Part shown: in pieces, positions 23,647 to 33,733 of the stretch
Position numbering within the stretch: the first letter of the stretch is position 1
Layout: every line of letters begins with the position of its first letter
Origin: Phycisphaerae bacterium
Lineage (GTDB): Bacteria > Planctomycetota > Phycisphaerae > UBA1845
Reading direction: 5' to 3'
NCBI GenBank assembly: GCA_963666835.2
Contig: CAXXGO010000001.1
Location: forward strand, 960,001 to 1,024,000
Length of the DNA stretch: 64,000 nucleotides
Notes under the pieces: model-generated
The model's database searches: none
What the model was told of the DNA's origin: nothing
The model's input: the letters and a program-made list of their open reading frames with translations, nothing else
Position numbers and translations under genes: made by a program

Positions 23647-25419
23647 ATGCAGCTTGTTGCACTTGACTGGATTATCGTCGCCGTAAGCCTGCTGATCGCC
23701 TTTGCGCCCGCATTGCTGCTCGCGCGCCGCGCGGGCAGGGGGACCGCGGAGTTCTTTGCGTCAGGGCGCGCGGCACCGTGGTGGCTGGTCGGCACGTCGA
23801 TGGTAGCTACAACGTTCAGCACGGATACCCCGAATCTGGTCACCGACTTCGTTCGCAGCAAGGGCGTTTCGTATAATTGGGTGTGGTGGGCGTTCTTGCT
23901 TACGGGCATGATGACCGTGTTCTTCTACGCGCGCCTGTGGCGCAGGTCCGGCGTACTGACCGATCTGGAGTTCTACGAGTTGCGCTATTCCGGAAAGTCT
24001 GCGGCATTCGTTCGCGGCTTTCGCGCCCTGTACTTGGGCCTGTTCTTCAACTGTGTGATCATGGCCTCCGTTACGCTGGCCGCGGCCAAAATCGCCAACG
24101 TGATGCTGGGCTGGGATCGCCTGCAAACGGTTCTGGTCTGTGGTGCTATTTGCGTCGGATTCTCGGCACTGTCCGGGCTGTGGGGTGTGCTGGCGACGGA
24201 TATCATTCAGTTCATCATCGCGATGGTCGGCGTTTTTGCGGCGGCCTATTATGCCCTGAAACAAGACCAGGTCGGAGGTCTTGCCGGAATGATCGAGAAG
24301 CTGGATCCCCAAACGATCAGCATGCTGCCCGACTTCGGCAACACCGAGTTGTTGCTGACTGTTCTGATCATCCCACTCACGGTGCAGTGGTGGTCGGTCT
24401 GGTATCCCGGATCGGAACCCGGTGGCGGCAGCTACGTCGCCCAGCGCATGCTCGCGGCCAAGAACGAGAAACACGCCATGGCCGCCACGCTCTGGTTCAA
24501 CGTCGCACACTACGCCCTCAGGCCGTGGCCTTGGATCATCGTGGCACTATGCTCGCTGCTCGTGTATCCCGAACTAGCCGATATCCAGCGCACGTTTCCC
24601 GGCTTGGACGAAGACCTGTTGGGGCACGACATCGCCTACCCGGCCATGCTAACGCTGCTGCCGCATGGGCTGTTGGGGCTTCTGGTTGCGTCACTGCTGT
24701 CGGCCTATATCTCGACGATGTCGACACACATGAATTGGGGGGCGTCGTATCTGGTGCACGATTTCTACAGGCGGTTCATGCGTGCGGATGCGTCCGAGCG
24801 GCACTACGTGAAGGTGTCGCGACTTGTTACCGTCGGCTTGATGGTTGCGGCCGGCAGTCTAATGTTTCTTCTGTCGACGGCCCAGGATGCGTTCGACCTT
24901 CTCCTCCAAATCGGTGCCGGTACCGGGCTCATCTATCTGCTGCGCTGGTTCTGGTGGCGGATCAATGCGTGGAGCGAGATCGCGGCCATGGCCGCGTCCT
25001 TCGCGATGGCAGTGGCGTTGCTGATTGCCAAGAAGTTCGAGCTGACGTTACCGTCGCACATAGCACTGGTGGTGACGGTCGCCGCGACGACCATAATATG
25101 GGTGATCGTCACATTCGCCTCGCGACCGGTCGACCGCGACACACTCATCCGATTCTATCGCCTGGTACGACCGGCCGGGCCGGGTTGGAGCGAGGTACGG
25201 AAGGGTACCGAGGTTCCCGCCGCCGCGGACAGTCTGCCGCAGGCGTTTCTCGGGTGGGTCCTCGGCTGCCTGCTCGTGTATGCGGCGTTGTTCGGTACAG
25301 GCAGCTTTCTGTATGGTAACATGACGGCGGGGGTTGCGTTCTCGGTCGTCTTTCTGGCTAGCGCTGTTGCGCTATCGTTGCTGCTGTCTGCGATGTGGCG
25401 GACGAAGCCGGCGGAATGA
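23647..25419 (+). CDS. Sodium:solute symporter family transporter
   Basis: FFASGR, SMVATTFSTDTP, EPGGGSYVAQRML, LRWFWWRINAWSEI. Confidence 0.9.
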   Translation: MQLVALDWIIVAVSLLIAFAPALLLARRAGRGTAEFFASGRAAPWWLVGTSMVATTFSTDTPNLVTDFVRSKGVSYNWVWWAFLLTGMMTVFFYARLWRRSGVLTDLEFYELRYSGKSAAFVRGFRALYLGLFFNCVIMASVTLAAAKIANVMLGWDRLQTVLVCGAICVGFSALSGLWGVLATDIIQFIIAMVGVFAAAYYALKQDQVGGLAGMIEKLDPQTISMLPDFGNTELLLTVLIIPLTVQWWSVWYPGSEPGGGSYVAQRMLAAKNEKHAMAATLWFNVAHYALRPWPWIIVALCSLLVYPELADIQRTFPGLDEDLLGHDIAYPAMLTLLPHGLLGLLVASLLSAYISTMSTHMNWGASYLVHDFYRRFMRADASERHYVKVSRLVTVGLMVAAGSLMFLLSTAQDAFDLLLQIGAGTGLIYLLRWFWWRINAWSEIAAMAASFAMAVALLIAKKFELTLPSHIALVVTVAATTIIWVIVTFASRPVDRDTLIRFYRLVRPAGPGWSEVRKGTEVPAAADSLPQAFLGWVLGCLLVYAALFGTGSFLYGNMTAGVAFSVVFLASAVALSLLLSAMWRTKPAE

Positions 25420-25490
25420 ACCCAGGTTCCTTAGCAGTCGGGCGAGCTGTTTGCCGTTTCCAGAGCGAATCCTCGAAGGTGGTATCTGCC

Positions 25491-27794
25491 ATGTTGAAAC
25501 TCTGTGGATGTATGGCGTTGGCGATATGCGCTTGGGGCGTCCCGGCGGCCCTTGCCGGAGCAGATGACGCACCGTCTGCGCAGTTGAGCATCGTGCCGCA
25601 ACCGATGGAGGTACATCGGTTGCCGGGCACATTCGACATCACAGGATCGACGGTTGTTGCCTATGACAGCAATGCAAACGGCGTTGAGTCCGTAGCCGAG
25701 TACCTTGCGACCCATCTCCGCGAGAAGACGGGCTTTGGGCTGCCTCTCGTTGCAACGGCAGGCTCGAGCGGCCCGCCGTCCGATGCCATTACGCTTGCTC
25801 TGGCTGACGTTGGCTCGGCACTCGGCACCGAGGGATATATTTTGCGCGTTACGCCAAGCGCGCTGACTCTAACCGCCGATCGACCGGAAGGGCTCTTCCG
25901 CGGTGTGCAAACGATCCGGCAGATGCTACCCATGACGGCGTCTGCGGATCAGGCCGCCGATACACGCGAAGAAACCGTGTGGCGCATTCCCTGCGTCCGG
26001 ATCAGGGATATGCCTCGCTTTCGCTGGCGCGGCATGTTGCTCGATTGCGGCCGGCACTTCATGCCCGTGGCGTTCATCAAACGATACATCGATCTGCTCG
26101 CTTATCACAAGATGAACGTCCTGCACTGGCACCTGACGGAAGATCAGGGTTGGCGCATCGAGATCAAGAAGTACCCGAGACTCACCGAGATCGGCGCGTG
26201 GCGAACGCCGACCCGCGATTCAGAACAGCCCACCCGCGCAGGACGCTACGGTGGTTACTACACGCAAGAGGAAGTGCGCAAGATCGTGGCGTATGCGCAG
26301 AGCCGGTTCGTTACCGTCGTTCCAGAAATAGAGATGCCGGGCCATTGCGCCGCGGCCCTGGCAAGCTATCCCGAACTTGGGTGTACGGGGGGACCGTATG
26401 ATGTAGGTACGCGGTGGGGCGTCTACGACGATGTATACTGCGCGGGCAACGGCAAGGTCTTCAAGTTCCTGGAGGACGTGCTCACCGAAGTCATCGCACT
26501 GTTCCCGTCCCCATACATCCACATCGGGGGCGATGAGTGCCCCAAGACCCGATGGAAGGCGTGTCCCAAGTGCCAGGCACGCATCCGGGAGGAGGGGCTC
26601 CGCGACGAGCATGAGCTGCAGAGCTACTTCATCCGACGCATGGAGCGGTTCCTCAACCGGGAAGGCCGACGGATCATCGGTTGGGACGAGATTATTGAGG
26701 GAGGGCTCGCCCCCGACGCGACCGTGCAATCATGGCGCGGTATGGACGGTGCGGTCGCGGCCGCGCGGGCCGGGCATGACGTCATTGTCTCGCCGACGAG
26801 CCACTGCTACCTGGACTACACCCATGAGGCGATCAGCCTTGAACGCATCTACTCGTTCGAGCCCGTGCCGGAAGAGCTATCGACGGATCAGGCCCGCCAC
26901 ATCCTCGGTGCGGAGGGGAACGTCTGGACGGAGCGAGCGCCACCCGAGGTCGTGGATCGGCAGGTCTTCCCGCGCTTGTGTGCCTTGGCCGAAGTGACTT
27001 GGTCCCCGGTGGCTGCGCGCCACTGGGGCCGTTTCTGCCACCGCATGAAGAGCCATTACGCAAGGTTGGATGCGCTCGGCGTAGCTTACTTCCTGCTGCC
27101 ACCTCGCCGTACTTCGGGCGATTTGGTCTTCGAGCAAGACACAACGATGACGCTGGAGAATCCGTTGCGACGCGGCGTCATCCGCTATACGCTCGACGGC
27201 AGGGAGCCGACGGCCGAGGCTACATCCTACGTCGGACCTGTGCGGATTACCCACTCGACCGTCGCCAAAGCTCGAACGTATCTGCCGGACGGCCGGGCAA
27301 GTGGCGTCGCGACGCTGCGTTTCCGAAAGCTCAGCCCGCTGGAACCGACAGAAGTGCCCGCCGCCCAGCCGGGGCTGGTTTGTTCATCGTACGAAGGCCA
27401 TTGGCAACGCCTGCCCGATTTCTCGAAGCTGACGCCCGCCGAAACGGGGGTCGCAACGACGCTTACTCTCGACCCACGAGGGCGGGACGATAGCTTCGCT
27501 CTGAGATTCTCCGGCTTCTTGCACGTTCCTGCCGACGGGGTCTACACGTTCTACCTTACGTCCGATGACGGAAGCAGGCTGTGGATCGGCGGCGATCTTG
27601 TCGTCGATCATGATGGGCTGCATTCCGCCAGTGAGGCCTCGGGACAGCTCATTCTCAAAGCCGGAAGGCATCCGATCTCCGTGGCATACTTCGAGGCCGG
27701 GGGCTCTGAATTTCTCGAAGTAGTCTACGAAGGGCCCGGCATCGCGAAACAACCTATCCCGCCGTCCGTGCTTTGGCATGGTGCAACAGAGTAA
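25491..27794 (+). CDS. Secreted GH20 beta-N-acetylhexosaminidase with Fn3-associated and PA14 domains
   Basis: Signal peptide; RWRGMLLDCGRHF, HWHLTEDQGWR, PEIEMPGH, HIGGDE; SDDGSRLWI. Confidence 0.93.
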   Translation: MLKLCGCMALAICAWGVPAALAGADDAPSAQLSIVPQPMEVHRLPGTFDITGSTVVAYDSNANGVESVAEYLATHLREKTGFGLPLVATAGSSGPPSDAITLALADVGSALGTEGYILRVTPSALTLTADRPEGLFRGVQTIRQMLPMTASADQAADTREETVWRIPCVRIRDMPRFRWRGMLLDCGRHFMPVAFIKRYIDLLAYHKMNVLHWHLTEDQGWRIEIKKYPRLTEIGAWRTPTRDSEQPTRAGRYGGYYTQEEVRKIVAYAQSRFVTVVPEIEMPGHCAAALASYPELGCTGGPYDVGTRWGVYDDVYCAGNGKVFKFLEDVLTEVIALFPSPYIHIGGDECPKTRWKACPKCQARIREEGLRDEHELQSYFIRRMERFLNREGRRIIGWDEIIEGGLAPDATVQSWRGMDGAVAAARAGHDVIVSPTSHCYLDYTHEAISLERIYSFEPVPEELSTDQARHILGAEGNVWTERAPPEVVDRQVFPRLCALAEVTWSPVAARHWGRFCHRMKSHYARLDALGVAYFLLPPRRTSGDLVFEQDTTMTLENPLRRGVIRYTLDGREPTAEATSYVGPVRITHSTVAKARTYLPDGRASGVATLRFRKLSPLEPTEVPAAQPGLVCSSYEGHWQRLPDFSKLTPAETGVATTLTLDPRGRDDSFALRFSGFLHVPADGVYTFYLTSDDGSRLWIGGDLVVDHDGLHSASEASGQLILKAGRHPISVAYFEAGGSEFLEVVYEGPGIAKQPIPPSVLWHGATE

Positions 27795-28018
27795 CGCCGG
27801 ATGGTCGTCGATCGGCCGAGTCCGTTAAGTTCCCTGATCCTCAGCAAAATCGACTTGTGCGGCCGATCGAACGCGGTAGAAAGTGGCAACGACTGTAGCG
27901 AAGAAGTTATTATCTCTACCACCGTAGATCTCATAGCCCGGGCGCCCCCGTAAGGAGATGGGGGCCTTCCCGACTTGGTTCTTCTGCGGCTCACCAGTGG
28001 TGCCGTTCGTGGCACCCG

Positions 28019-28999
28019 CTACTTCGTCTCGACCTGGATCGGTAATGGTGCGGCAGAAACGCGTGTCAAGTAGGTGTAGGCGGACGCATCACCCTGAAGG
28101 CTGGCGCGGAAGAAGGCGACCAGTAGGCCGGCCGTGAGCTGACGCATGCCCGCCCGGTCAGGTCCGCTCGGGCACAGCCATGCGGCTGCTGCTGCGGCCT
28201 CTTCGTCCAGCATATCCCCGTGGCCCTGGCCCGGCACGACGATATGCCATGCCGGCGTCACGCTGGCCTGATAGAACTGCTCGTGGTTGTCACCCGCAGG
28301 TGCGCATCTCCCACCGAGTCCGGTGCCGAGGACAAGCGCCGGCAAACTGAAATCGAACGGCCCCTGCACGACCCTCGGCTGGGTGTCGAAGGGCCCGCCC
28401 GTACCATCAACGGGATCGATCCCGGCAATCGCCATCGCCCGGGAGGCGTCCGCCACGAGCACTGCCCAGGCCACTTTGCCGCCCCGCGAGTGCCCCGCCA
28501 GGCCGACTCGATCCAATGCAGGAGTGTAATCCAGTACCGTAGGGAGGCCTCCAGGCAACCAGTCCAGCAGTTGTGCCGCGGCTGACGCCTCCTCTGCGGC
28601 CGTGGGGTTTCCCAACAGAGCTGCCGGCCCCGGTTCGTACATCTGTGGAGCCACAATCACGAAGCCGTGCGAAGCCAATTGGTGCAGTACTTCGCCATAA
28701 GAATCGTTTTGGGCCATGAAACCGTGTTGGAACACCACGATCGGATACCAGCCGGAGATCTCCGGCGCCAAGATAAGCAGTTCAACCGGAGTTCCATGCT
28801 CACAACGTGCGACGGTCAACTTGCGGACTGCGAGCGGACCGGGGAGGTATGGGTCTCCTTGGCCAACATAGACTCCTCTCACTTCTTCCGGAAGCTGCGA
28901 CGCCGTGGGGCCGCTGGCGTCTGGGCAGGCCACGGGTTCCAGGCACCCGGCAGCGGCCGCAAGCAACGACGTCACGACAGTGACACGAACCGTCCTCAT
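28019..28999 (-). CDS. Chlorophyllase-family alpha/beta hydrolase lipoprotein
   Basis: AAGC lipobox; HGF, ASHGFVIVAPQ, GHSRGGK, GIDPVDG, CAPAGDNHEQFY, GHGDMLD. Confidence 0.82.
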   Translation of the reverse strand: MRTVRVTVVTSLLAAAAGCLEPVACPDASGPTASQLPEEVRGVYVGQGDPYLPGPLAVRKLTVARCEHGTPVELLILAPEISGWYPIVVFQHGFMAQNDSYGEVLHQLASHGFVIVAPQMYEPGPAALLGNPTAAEEASAAAQLLDWLPGGLPTVLDYTPALDRVGLAGHSRGGKVAWAVLVADASRAMAIAGIDPVDGTGGPFDTQPRVVQGPFDFSLPALVLGTGLGGRCAPAGDNHEQFYQASVTPAWHIVVPGQGHGDMLDEEAAAAAAWLCPSGPDRAGMRQLTAGLLVAFFRASLQGDASAYTYLTRVSAAPLPIQVETK

Positions 29000-29310
29000 G
29001 AGTTTCAAAACACTCGAGCGTTGCTCAACCCGGAAGCCACGGTCGCGGCGCACGGCTTGAGGATCCAAACCCGCTGCACGGCCAGCGCATCAGCCCATTC
29101 GTTGAGTCGCCGTCCGATCCATACCGCGCGTGCCCAATCACCGTGGTTTGAGTCCGGGCTCCTCCTGTTCACCCCGAGATCCTCAGCAAAGCCGCTCAGT
29201 TCTTCCACCAACTGTAACACACCAAGTCGGCCGGATGCGGCCGATCTTGAGGAGCCGCGAGGCGCGGCGGCATGTTCAAGCCTGCAACCATGAATCACGC
29301 GTGTCGTGGC

Positions 29311-29456
29311 TGCTGGGCCACGCGACTTCAAGGACGTCAAGCCCCCCGGAAGCTGTCGATCGGCGTTATTCCGATCAGCCGTAGGTCGTTCTGGTGTTCG
29401 GGCTTCGGGCAAAGTCGCTCGTACTCCGTCGCTCGCTTGGCGTAGCACTCGGTCAT
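29311..29456 (-). pseudogene. Fragment of a class I SAM-dependent methyltransferase
   Basis: MTECYAKRATEYERLCPKPEHQNDL...FRG, then a one-base shift in a G6 run restores LDVLEVA (motif I start) before similarity ends. Confidence 0.55.
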
Positions 29457-29554
29457 ATCCTTTTGGTGACAGCTAATGCTGCCCCTCGCGCGATGTTCGG
29501 GAACCTTGGTGGAAACCCGGGCAGAGCGTTTAACCACGGCCCCGGCAGCGTCGC

Positions 29555-31816
29555 CTACTGGCCGGCCTTCGACAAAACTCGCACTTTCAGGTAGGAAGGG
29601 TCCGCTTCCGAAGAGTGCATGGTGTGCGTGGCCGGCCGGAAGTCCTCCTCCGAAGCATGATAGATGTCGACGAATGTCTGCGGATTCCGATCAATTACAG
29701 GGAACCATGTGCTCTGCACCTGCACCATGATTCGGTGCCCCTTGAGAAAACAGTGGTACCGCTGCGGCAACTCGAACTCGATTTCGGTGATTCTGTCAGG
29801 CACCATCGGCTCGGGCCGCTCGAAGCTGTGGCGGTACTTGGCACGCATGACCTCGCCGGAAAGGAGCATTTGATAATCGCTCAGTTCGCTTCGCGAATCG
29901 CTCGGAAAGACATCGATCAGCTTCACGATGAAGTCTGCGTCTGTTCCTGTCGTGGAGACATTGAGATGTGCCGTGATGGGCCCCGCGATGGTCAGATCCT
30001 CGCGCAGGACTTTTGATTCATAGACAAGTACATCCGGCCTCCAGGCCGCGAACCGTTGATCCGCTACCATCCACTGATGTCCCTGCTGGGTTTGGATGTT
30101 GGTCGACCACGGCACTGGTTTGGCCGGATCACTGACATAGCTGTCACCCGCACCGTTCGATAGCGCGACCGGTGGCTCAAACGACAGGTCGCCGCCGGCG
30201 TGAAGGAACAGAAGCGTCTCCGTAGTGGATTCGGGTGGCCACTGCTCCAGTGCCCGCCAGGCGTTCGTCCCAGTCTCGAAAACCAACGCCTCGGGCAAGT
30301 GGAGTGTGCCGTCACCCTTCAGATGGGACAGGAGAAATGGGAACTCGACTTCCTTTCGAAAGTACTCCGCCGTGTTCGTCCCGAAGTCAATGTCGAATAG
30401 TCGATCGCCTTTCCCCCTTGACCAACCGCCGTGTCGCCAGGGTCCCACGACGAGCGTGCCACGGTTGTTGGAAGTGTTCTCTTCAATCGTCCTGTACACG
30501 CTCATCGGCCCGTAGAAGTCCTCGGCATCGAACCAACCGGCGACTGTCAGTGCAGGGTGCGCAACGGCAGGGAGTTGCGGTAGCACGTTACGCTCCTGCC
30601 AGTACTCATCGTAGTTTCCGTGCTCCATGTACTCATTCCAAACCGGCACCGCATCGCCGAAACACTTGTTGCTGATGTTCGTGATCGGCCCCAGGTCAAG
30701 GAAGAACTTGTACCCGTCACGCGTGCCGTAATCGTACCACGGGCCGATCGTCGTGGCAGGGCCCTGCCTCGGGCGGCCGCTTCGATCCACAAAAGAAAAC
30801 GTATACATCAGTCGAAAGGCACCGTTATGATGGAAATCGTCGCCAATCCACATGTCGGCAGGCGGCGCACGGAGAACCGAAGCACACAGCGCCGGGTGCG
30901 GTTCGATCATGCCCATGATCGCCTCCCATGCACTGTAGGAGCCGCCCCATTGGCCTACCCGGCCGTTGTGGCCGGGCACGTTCTCGAGCAGCCATTCGAT
31001 CGTGTCATACAGGTCCGTGCCCTCGTCGGTATCCCGTGCAGATCGCGGACACTTGGCCAGAGGCCGTATGATCGCGAAGTCCCCCTCCGATTTCGCTTTG
31101 CCGCGAACGTCCTGGTACACGAAGATGAAGCCCTCGTCCAAATAGACGTCATCCGGACCCAGCCTGTCGCGGTAGTCTGAAGGGGCATAGTGGCCGATGG
31201 AATACGGCGTCCGCAGGATCAGGAATGGGTAGGTCTGCGACGTGTCCCTTGGTGCGTAGACTTGCGTGCATAGGTGTACGCCATCGCGCATGGGGATCAT
31301 GTGCTCGTGCTTCCTGTAATCTTGCAGGATCTTGACATGCCTAGCGCCGAATGCATTGGTGGGATTTAACCGCACGGAGTGTTGGAAGTTGGCCAGCGCC
31401 GCCTTGATGTTTCCCTTGATCATCGAGGCGTGAGCGTAACTGTCATAGGTATTCCAGCGGTTCGGATAGGCATGAATGTTGAGTCGGAACACAGCTAGGG
31501 CATCATCGAGCAAACCCCTGCCCAGAAGCTCGTGTCCCAGGTCGTTCATTGCGTCCTCCGTGAAGATAAGGACGCCCGGATGGTACTTGAGCACCTCTTG
31601 GTAATGGACCTGCGCCTTGTCGACGCCCTCGTTGCGGATCATCTGCAGGAATTCGTCCTCCGATGGCACAGGTGGCGGTTCGACGTGCGCTGCGCTACCC
31701 GCCACCACTACCGCCAGCCGTAAGTCTGGGGCAGGCGGGGCGTTGGCGCGCGCGGCGATTCCGCAAGCGCTGACAAGGAGAGTTGCACACGCTGATGTGC
31801 ATCTTACTGTTCTCAT
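29555..31816 (-). CDS. Secreted CocE/NonD (S15) hydrolase with N-terminal TPR region
   Basis: IPMRDGVHL, RTPY, QDVRG, GGSYSA, GDDFHHNG, GWFDAED, GPWRHG; TPR-like MNDLGHELL...NTYDSY. Confidence 0.9.
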   Translation of the reverse strand: MRTVRCTSACATLLVSACGIAARANAPPAPDLRLAVVVAGSAAHVEPPPVPSEDEFLQMIRNEGVDKAQVHYQEVLKYHPGVLIFTEDAMNDLGHELLGRGLLDDALAVFRLNIHAYPNRWNTYDSYAHASMIKGNIKAALANFQHSVRLNPTNAFGARHVKILQDYRKHEHMIPMRDGVHLCTQVYAPRDTSQTYPFLILRTPYSIGHYAPSDYRDRLGPDDVYLDEGFIFVYQDVRGKAKSEGDFAIIRPLAKCPRSARDTDEGTDLYDTIEWLLENVPGHNGRVGQWGGSYSAWEAIMGMIEPHPALCASVLRAPPADMWIGDDFHHNGAFRLMYTFSFVDRSGRPRQGPATTIGPWYDYGTRDGYKFFLDLGPITNISNKCFGDAVPVWNEYMEHGNYDEYWQERNVLPQLPAVAHPALTVAGWFDAEDFYGPMSVYRTIEENTSNNRGTLVVGPWRHGGWSRGKGDRLFDIDFGTNTAEYFRKEVEFPFLLSHLKGDGTLHLPEALVFETGTNAWRALEQWPPESTTETLLFLHAGGDLSFEPPVALSNGAGDSYVSDPAKPVPWSTNIQTQQGHQWMVADQRFAAWRPDVLVYESKVLREDLTIAGPITAHLNVSTTGTDADFIVKLIDVFPSDSRSELSDYQMLLSGEVMRAKYRHSFERPEPMVPDRITEIEFELPQRYHCFLKGHRIMVQVQSTWFPVIDRNPQTFVDIYHASEEDFRPATHTMHSSEADPSYLKVRVLSKAGQ

Positions 31817-31831
31817 CTTATCTTCTCCCTT

Positions 31832-31906
31832 CTACTCAACGTGCATTGAGCCAAACACGCGGGTCAGGTTGCGCGCCTCCGCGACGGGATTATCAACGGT
31901 GTTCAC
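31832..31906 (-). pseudogene. Possible N-terminal stump of an ABC ATP-binding protein coupled to padR
   Basis: AGGAG then GTG overlapping the padR end; MNTVDNPVAEARNLTRVFGSMHVE* resembles the ABC ATPase first strand. Confidence 0.4.
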
Positions 31907-32435
31907 CTGTTCTCTCCTCGCGCAACGACTCGTCGCAACGCTCCAACCACTTGAGAAACGCCTCGATCCGCAGCACGGCCAAGTCGAGGAGCAAGGCTGT
32001 TTGCAGCGTTTCCCCTTCTTGCTCCGCACGGGCTCTCGCCTGCGTCGCCTCGTGCAGACGTGCCAGGCAGGCCCGTTTCTCGAATCGAAGGATCTCCAAC
32101 GGCCTGCCTCCCGGCATCCTCCGGGCTAGCATCAGCTTGATGAACGTTTCGTTACGGATGTCGAGATTGGGCGTGGATGGCGCGTCCAGCCAAGCTTGAA
32201 GCTCTGTGCGGCCGCGGTTGGTCAGGGAATATGCCTTCTTGTCGGGCCGATCCTCCTGGCTGACCACTTCTTGCTGGACCAGTCCGTCCCGCCGCAGCCG
32301 ATCAAGCGTCGGATAGACCTGCCCGAAGTTTAACTTGACCATAGGGGCAAACGTCTCGTCATACAGGGCCTTCAGCTCGTAACCGTGCCGCGGCTCGTCC
32401 GTGAGCAAACCCAGAATGGCGTATCTCAGCGACAG
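31893..32435 (-). CDS. PadR-family transcriptional regulator (probable CTG start)
   Basis: (L)SLRYAILGLL, HGYELK, GQVYPTLDRL, PDKKAYSLT; GGAGG 9 nt before CTG at 32435. Confidence 0.9.
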   Translation of the reverse strand: MSLRYAILGLLTDEPRHGYELKALYDETFAPMVKLNFGQVYPTLDRLRRDGLVQQEVVSQEDRPDKKAYSLTNRGRTELQAWLDAPSTPNLDIRNETFIKLMLARRMPGGRPLEILRFEKRACLARLHEATQARARAEQEGETLQTALLLDLAVLRIEAFLKWLERCDESLREERTGEHR

Positions 32436-32478
32436 TTCGTTACGCCTCCCAGCCCGAATCTGCTTGACAGACCGGGCC

Positions 32479-32530
32479 TTGACGATTATATATCATGTAT
32501 ATATATACGTCATATATATGCCCGTGTCAA
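32479..32530. promoter_or_regulatory. Divergent promoter region with AT-rich palindromic operator(s), probable PadR site
   Basis: Palindromes GTATATATATAC (32497-32508) and CATATATATG (32511-32520); TTGACA on minus (32530-32525) and TTGACG on plus (32479-32484), each 17 nt from TATATA. Confidence 0.55.
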
Positions 32531-32688
32531 ACGCTGGTGATCCGGATTCTCCAGAAAAACGCGGGGCAGGAATCGCGTCGTCGAGGAGCCAGGGGTCGAC
32601 TTAGCAGCGAAGACCGTGCCGGCCGGTCCGTGGACGGCAGAACGAGAATGAGGAGAACCGCGGATTCTACTCACGAGGAACTGCAACC

Positions 32689-33564
32689 ATGAGCGACGAG
32701 AGCAACAGCAGCATACACGAGGCCAACCGACGTTCCTGGAACGCTGCCACACTGGCGCACAACAGCCACAAGAAGGATCAGGCCGGATACCTACGCCGCG
32801 GCGGAACTACCCTGTTCCCCGAAGAGACCGAGCTGCTGGGCGATGTCGCCCGCAGCCGAGTAGTGCATCTGCAATGTAATTCGGGCCAGGACACGCTCAG
32901 CCTGGCCCGGCTCGGCGCGGATGTGACGGGGGTGGACATCAGCGATGAGGCGATCGACTTTGCCCAGAGACTCTCGGTCGAATCGGGACTGCCGGGGACT
33001 TTTTGCAGGGCCGACGTCTACGATTGGCTGACGTCGGCGCACCGGCGCGGCGAGCGCTATGACGTGGCGTTCTCGTCTTACGGAAGCATTTGCTGGCTCT
33101 CTGACCTGGAACACTGGGCGGAGGGAATCGCAGCCCTGCTCGTGGAAGGCGGCCGGTTGATCGTTATCGACTTCCACCCGGTCGCGTTGATGTTCGATGA
33201 GCATTTCCGGTTGACTTACCCGTACTTCAGCCCCGACGAGCCCTACAAGTGGGATGACGGGGTGTCCGACTACGTGGGCCGGGCGGGCTCTGCCCTGGCG
33301 CCGTCGGGATTCGAGGAGGGCGTGCGCGACTTTCAGAATCCGCACGCCGCCTACGAGTTTCAATGGAGCCTCAGCGCGATTCTGAGCGCCGTAATCGGTG
33401 CGGGAATGAGGATTGACCAGTTTCATGAGTACCCGTTTTTCAATGCGGCGAAACTATACGAAGAGATGCAGGAGGCGCCCGGCCGGCGCATGTACTTGCC
33501 GGAGGGCGCACCGACTGCTCCGCTGATGTTCGGGTTGGTCGCGTCGCGGCTTTCCGGGAACTGA
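32689..33564 (+). CDS. Class I SAM-dependent methyltransferase
   Basis: VVHLQCNSGQDTLSLARLGA, GVDIS, SYGSICWLSDL, DFHP. Confidence 0.9.
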   Translation: MSDESNSSIHEANRRSWNAATLAHNSHKKDQAGYLRRGGTTLFPEETELLGDVARSRVVHLQCNSGQDTLSLARLGADVTGVDISDEAIDFAQRLSVESGLPGTFCRADVYDWLTSAHRRGERYDVAFSSYGSICWLSDLEHWAEGIAALLVEGGRLIVIDFHPVALMFDEHFRLTYPYFSPDEPYKWDDGVSDYVGRAGSALAPSGFEEGVRDFQNPHAAYEFQWSLSAILSAVIGAGMRIDQFHEYPFFNAAKLYEEMQEAPGRRMYLPEGAPTAPLMFGLVASRLSGN

Positions 33565-33733
33565 GATCATGAGCAACCTCGACCTGAGCCATGAGAAGAT
33601 CGTGGTCGCGGATGGCTGCGGTGCCGGAGGATCTACCTTCGATGCGGGGAGCCAGCGTCGATAGCGTAGGGTGCTAATGTGGAAGCCGTCATATATGCCG
33701 GCGGCAAAGGGTCCGCGAATATCGAGATACGTC

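Noticed and set aside
23877..25319. 480-aa alternative-frame ORF
   Set aside because: Arg/Gly-rich off-frame shadow of the SSS gene
27808..27870. 11-bp inverted repeat between convergent genes
   Set aside because: Short, GC-rich, wide loop; could be chance or a weak terminator
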